DNA of 64,000 nucleotides from Helicobacter sp. (GTDB lineage Bacteria; Campylobacterota; Campylobacteria; Campylobacterales; Helicobacteraceae): NCBI GenBank assembly GCA_022511145.1, contig JAFLSC010000002.1, positions 4,208 to 68,207 of the forward strand, read 5' to 3'. Shown piece by piece: positions 63,163 to 64,000 of this stretch (position 1 is its first letter; each line of letters starts with the position of its first letter). The notes under the pieces were generated by a model. It saw only the letters and a program-made list of their open reading frames with translations, ran no database searches and was not told where the DNA came from. The position numbers and the translations under genes were made by a program.

Positions 63163-63573
63163 TTGATGAAAATCGCCCTAATTAGTGATTCTTTGCTTTT
63201 AGACCATACTTTGGAAATGTATCTTAAAGAATACCTCACAAGCTACAAATCTTGTGATTTTGTCGTGGCAACAAAATCTATGGAAAGTGCTGATAAGCCT
63301 GTATTTCTCATTAGCGATGATGAAAACGCTCAGCTAAGCAAACCTTTTACCAAAGAAATTTTAATCCAAAAATTAGAATCCTTTTATACCCAAATTAGCA
63401 ATCCTTCTACACAAGAGCCACCAAAAACAATCAAGCCTTTGAGTGATTTTCTTGCTCCCAAAGCACCAAAATTTCAAAATACAAATACGAGCTTAGAAGC
63501 CCAAATTCAAGAGCTTTTTAAACGTTATGCCGATGAACTTAAAGAATTGATTTTGCAACACAAAAATGGCTAA
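63163..63573 (+). CDS. Conserved hypothetical protein upstream of rsmD
   Basis: MKIALISDSLLLD..LE..LK; own TATAAT at 63133-63138 and AAGGA RBS. Confidence 0.7.
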   Translation: MMKIALISDSLLLDHTLEMYLKEYLTSYKSCDFVVATKSMESADKPVFLISDDENAQLSKPFTKEILIQKLESFYTQISNPSTQEPPKTIKPLSDFLAPKAPKFQNTNTSLEAQIQELFKRYADELKELILQHKNG

Positions 63574-64000
63574 AAATACTCCTAAAAAAACGCAATCTCT
63601 CAAAGATTCAAAAGGGTTACCCCAAAATCCTCTCAAAAAATCTCTGAAACAAAAATCCTCCGATAAGCCTTACTCAAACGCTCCTCAAAACCTCCAAAAA
63701 TCTTTTCAAAACAATTCCTCAAAACCCCCAAAAATAAAAATCCCAAAAAAGCCTACTTTAAGAATACTTGGCGGTATTTATAAAGGAAAATCCTTGCAAA
63801 TGGCTGATTTAGAAATCACGCGTTCTAGTAAGGCTATTTTAAAGGAATCCTTTTTTAATACCCTAGGAGCAGCCCTTGGGGGAGTAAATTTCATAGAATT
63901 TTTTGCTGGGAGTGGCAGTATTGGCATTGAAGCTTTAAGTCGTGGGGCAAAAAATGCGATATTTTTTGAAAACAATCAAGCCTCTTATCGCACCCTCACA
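63566..64000 (+). CDS. rsmD: 16S rRNA m2G966 methyltransferase RsmD, partial, with a low-complexity N-terminal extension
   Basis: ATG at 63566 open to the window end (not in the ORF track); LRILGGIYKGKSL, LKESFFNTL, FFAGSGSIGIEALSRGA. Confidence 0.9.
   Translation, partial: MAKNTPKKTQSLKDSKGLPQNPLKKSLKQKSSDKPYSNAPQNLQKSFQNNSSKPPKIKIPKKPTLRILGGIYKGKSLQMADLEITRSSKAILKESFFNTLGAALGGVNFIEFFAGSGSIGIEALSRGAKNAIFFENNQASYRTLT

Overview
A 64-kb AT-rich chromosomal window from a Campylobacterota bacterium, most likely an enterohepatic Helicobacter, judged from gene order and protein similarity. It spans the replication origin (ruvC-oriC1-dnaA-oriC2-dnaN-gyrB). Other content: flagellar genes (flhF-flhG-fliA-fliM-fliY), heptose genes (hldD-hldE-gmhA), biotin genes (bioF/G/C, bioA), a Cts-like type II/IV pilus competence locus plus comEC, an STT3/PglB oligosaccharyltransferase with an amidotransferase, and two stacked restriction-modification cassettes downstream of ilvD. 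The strongest novel signal is at 62786-62937. A perfect 20-bp inverted repeat, each copy shaped like a tyrosine-recombinase site (TTGAAAA-N6-TTTTCAA) and resembling XerH dif sites as I recall them, brackets a 112-bp promoter-like segment directly upstream of a surface-polysaccharide glycosyltransferase. This is a candidate Xer-driven invertible promoter. Also notable: an R-M insertion with a ~100-bp duplication of the ilvD 3' end, an internally deleted zeta toxin, a poly-G tract that could toggle translational coupling after pseH, a family of CGTC-type palindromic repeats, and an apparent second reversal of GC skew only 10-15 kb right of oriC. All family assignments are from motif recognition and memory; no database search was run.
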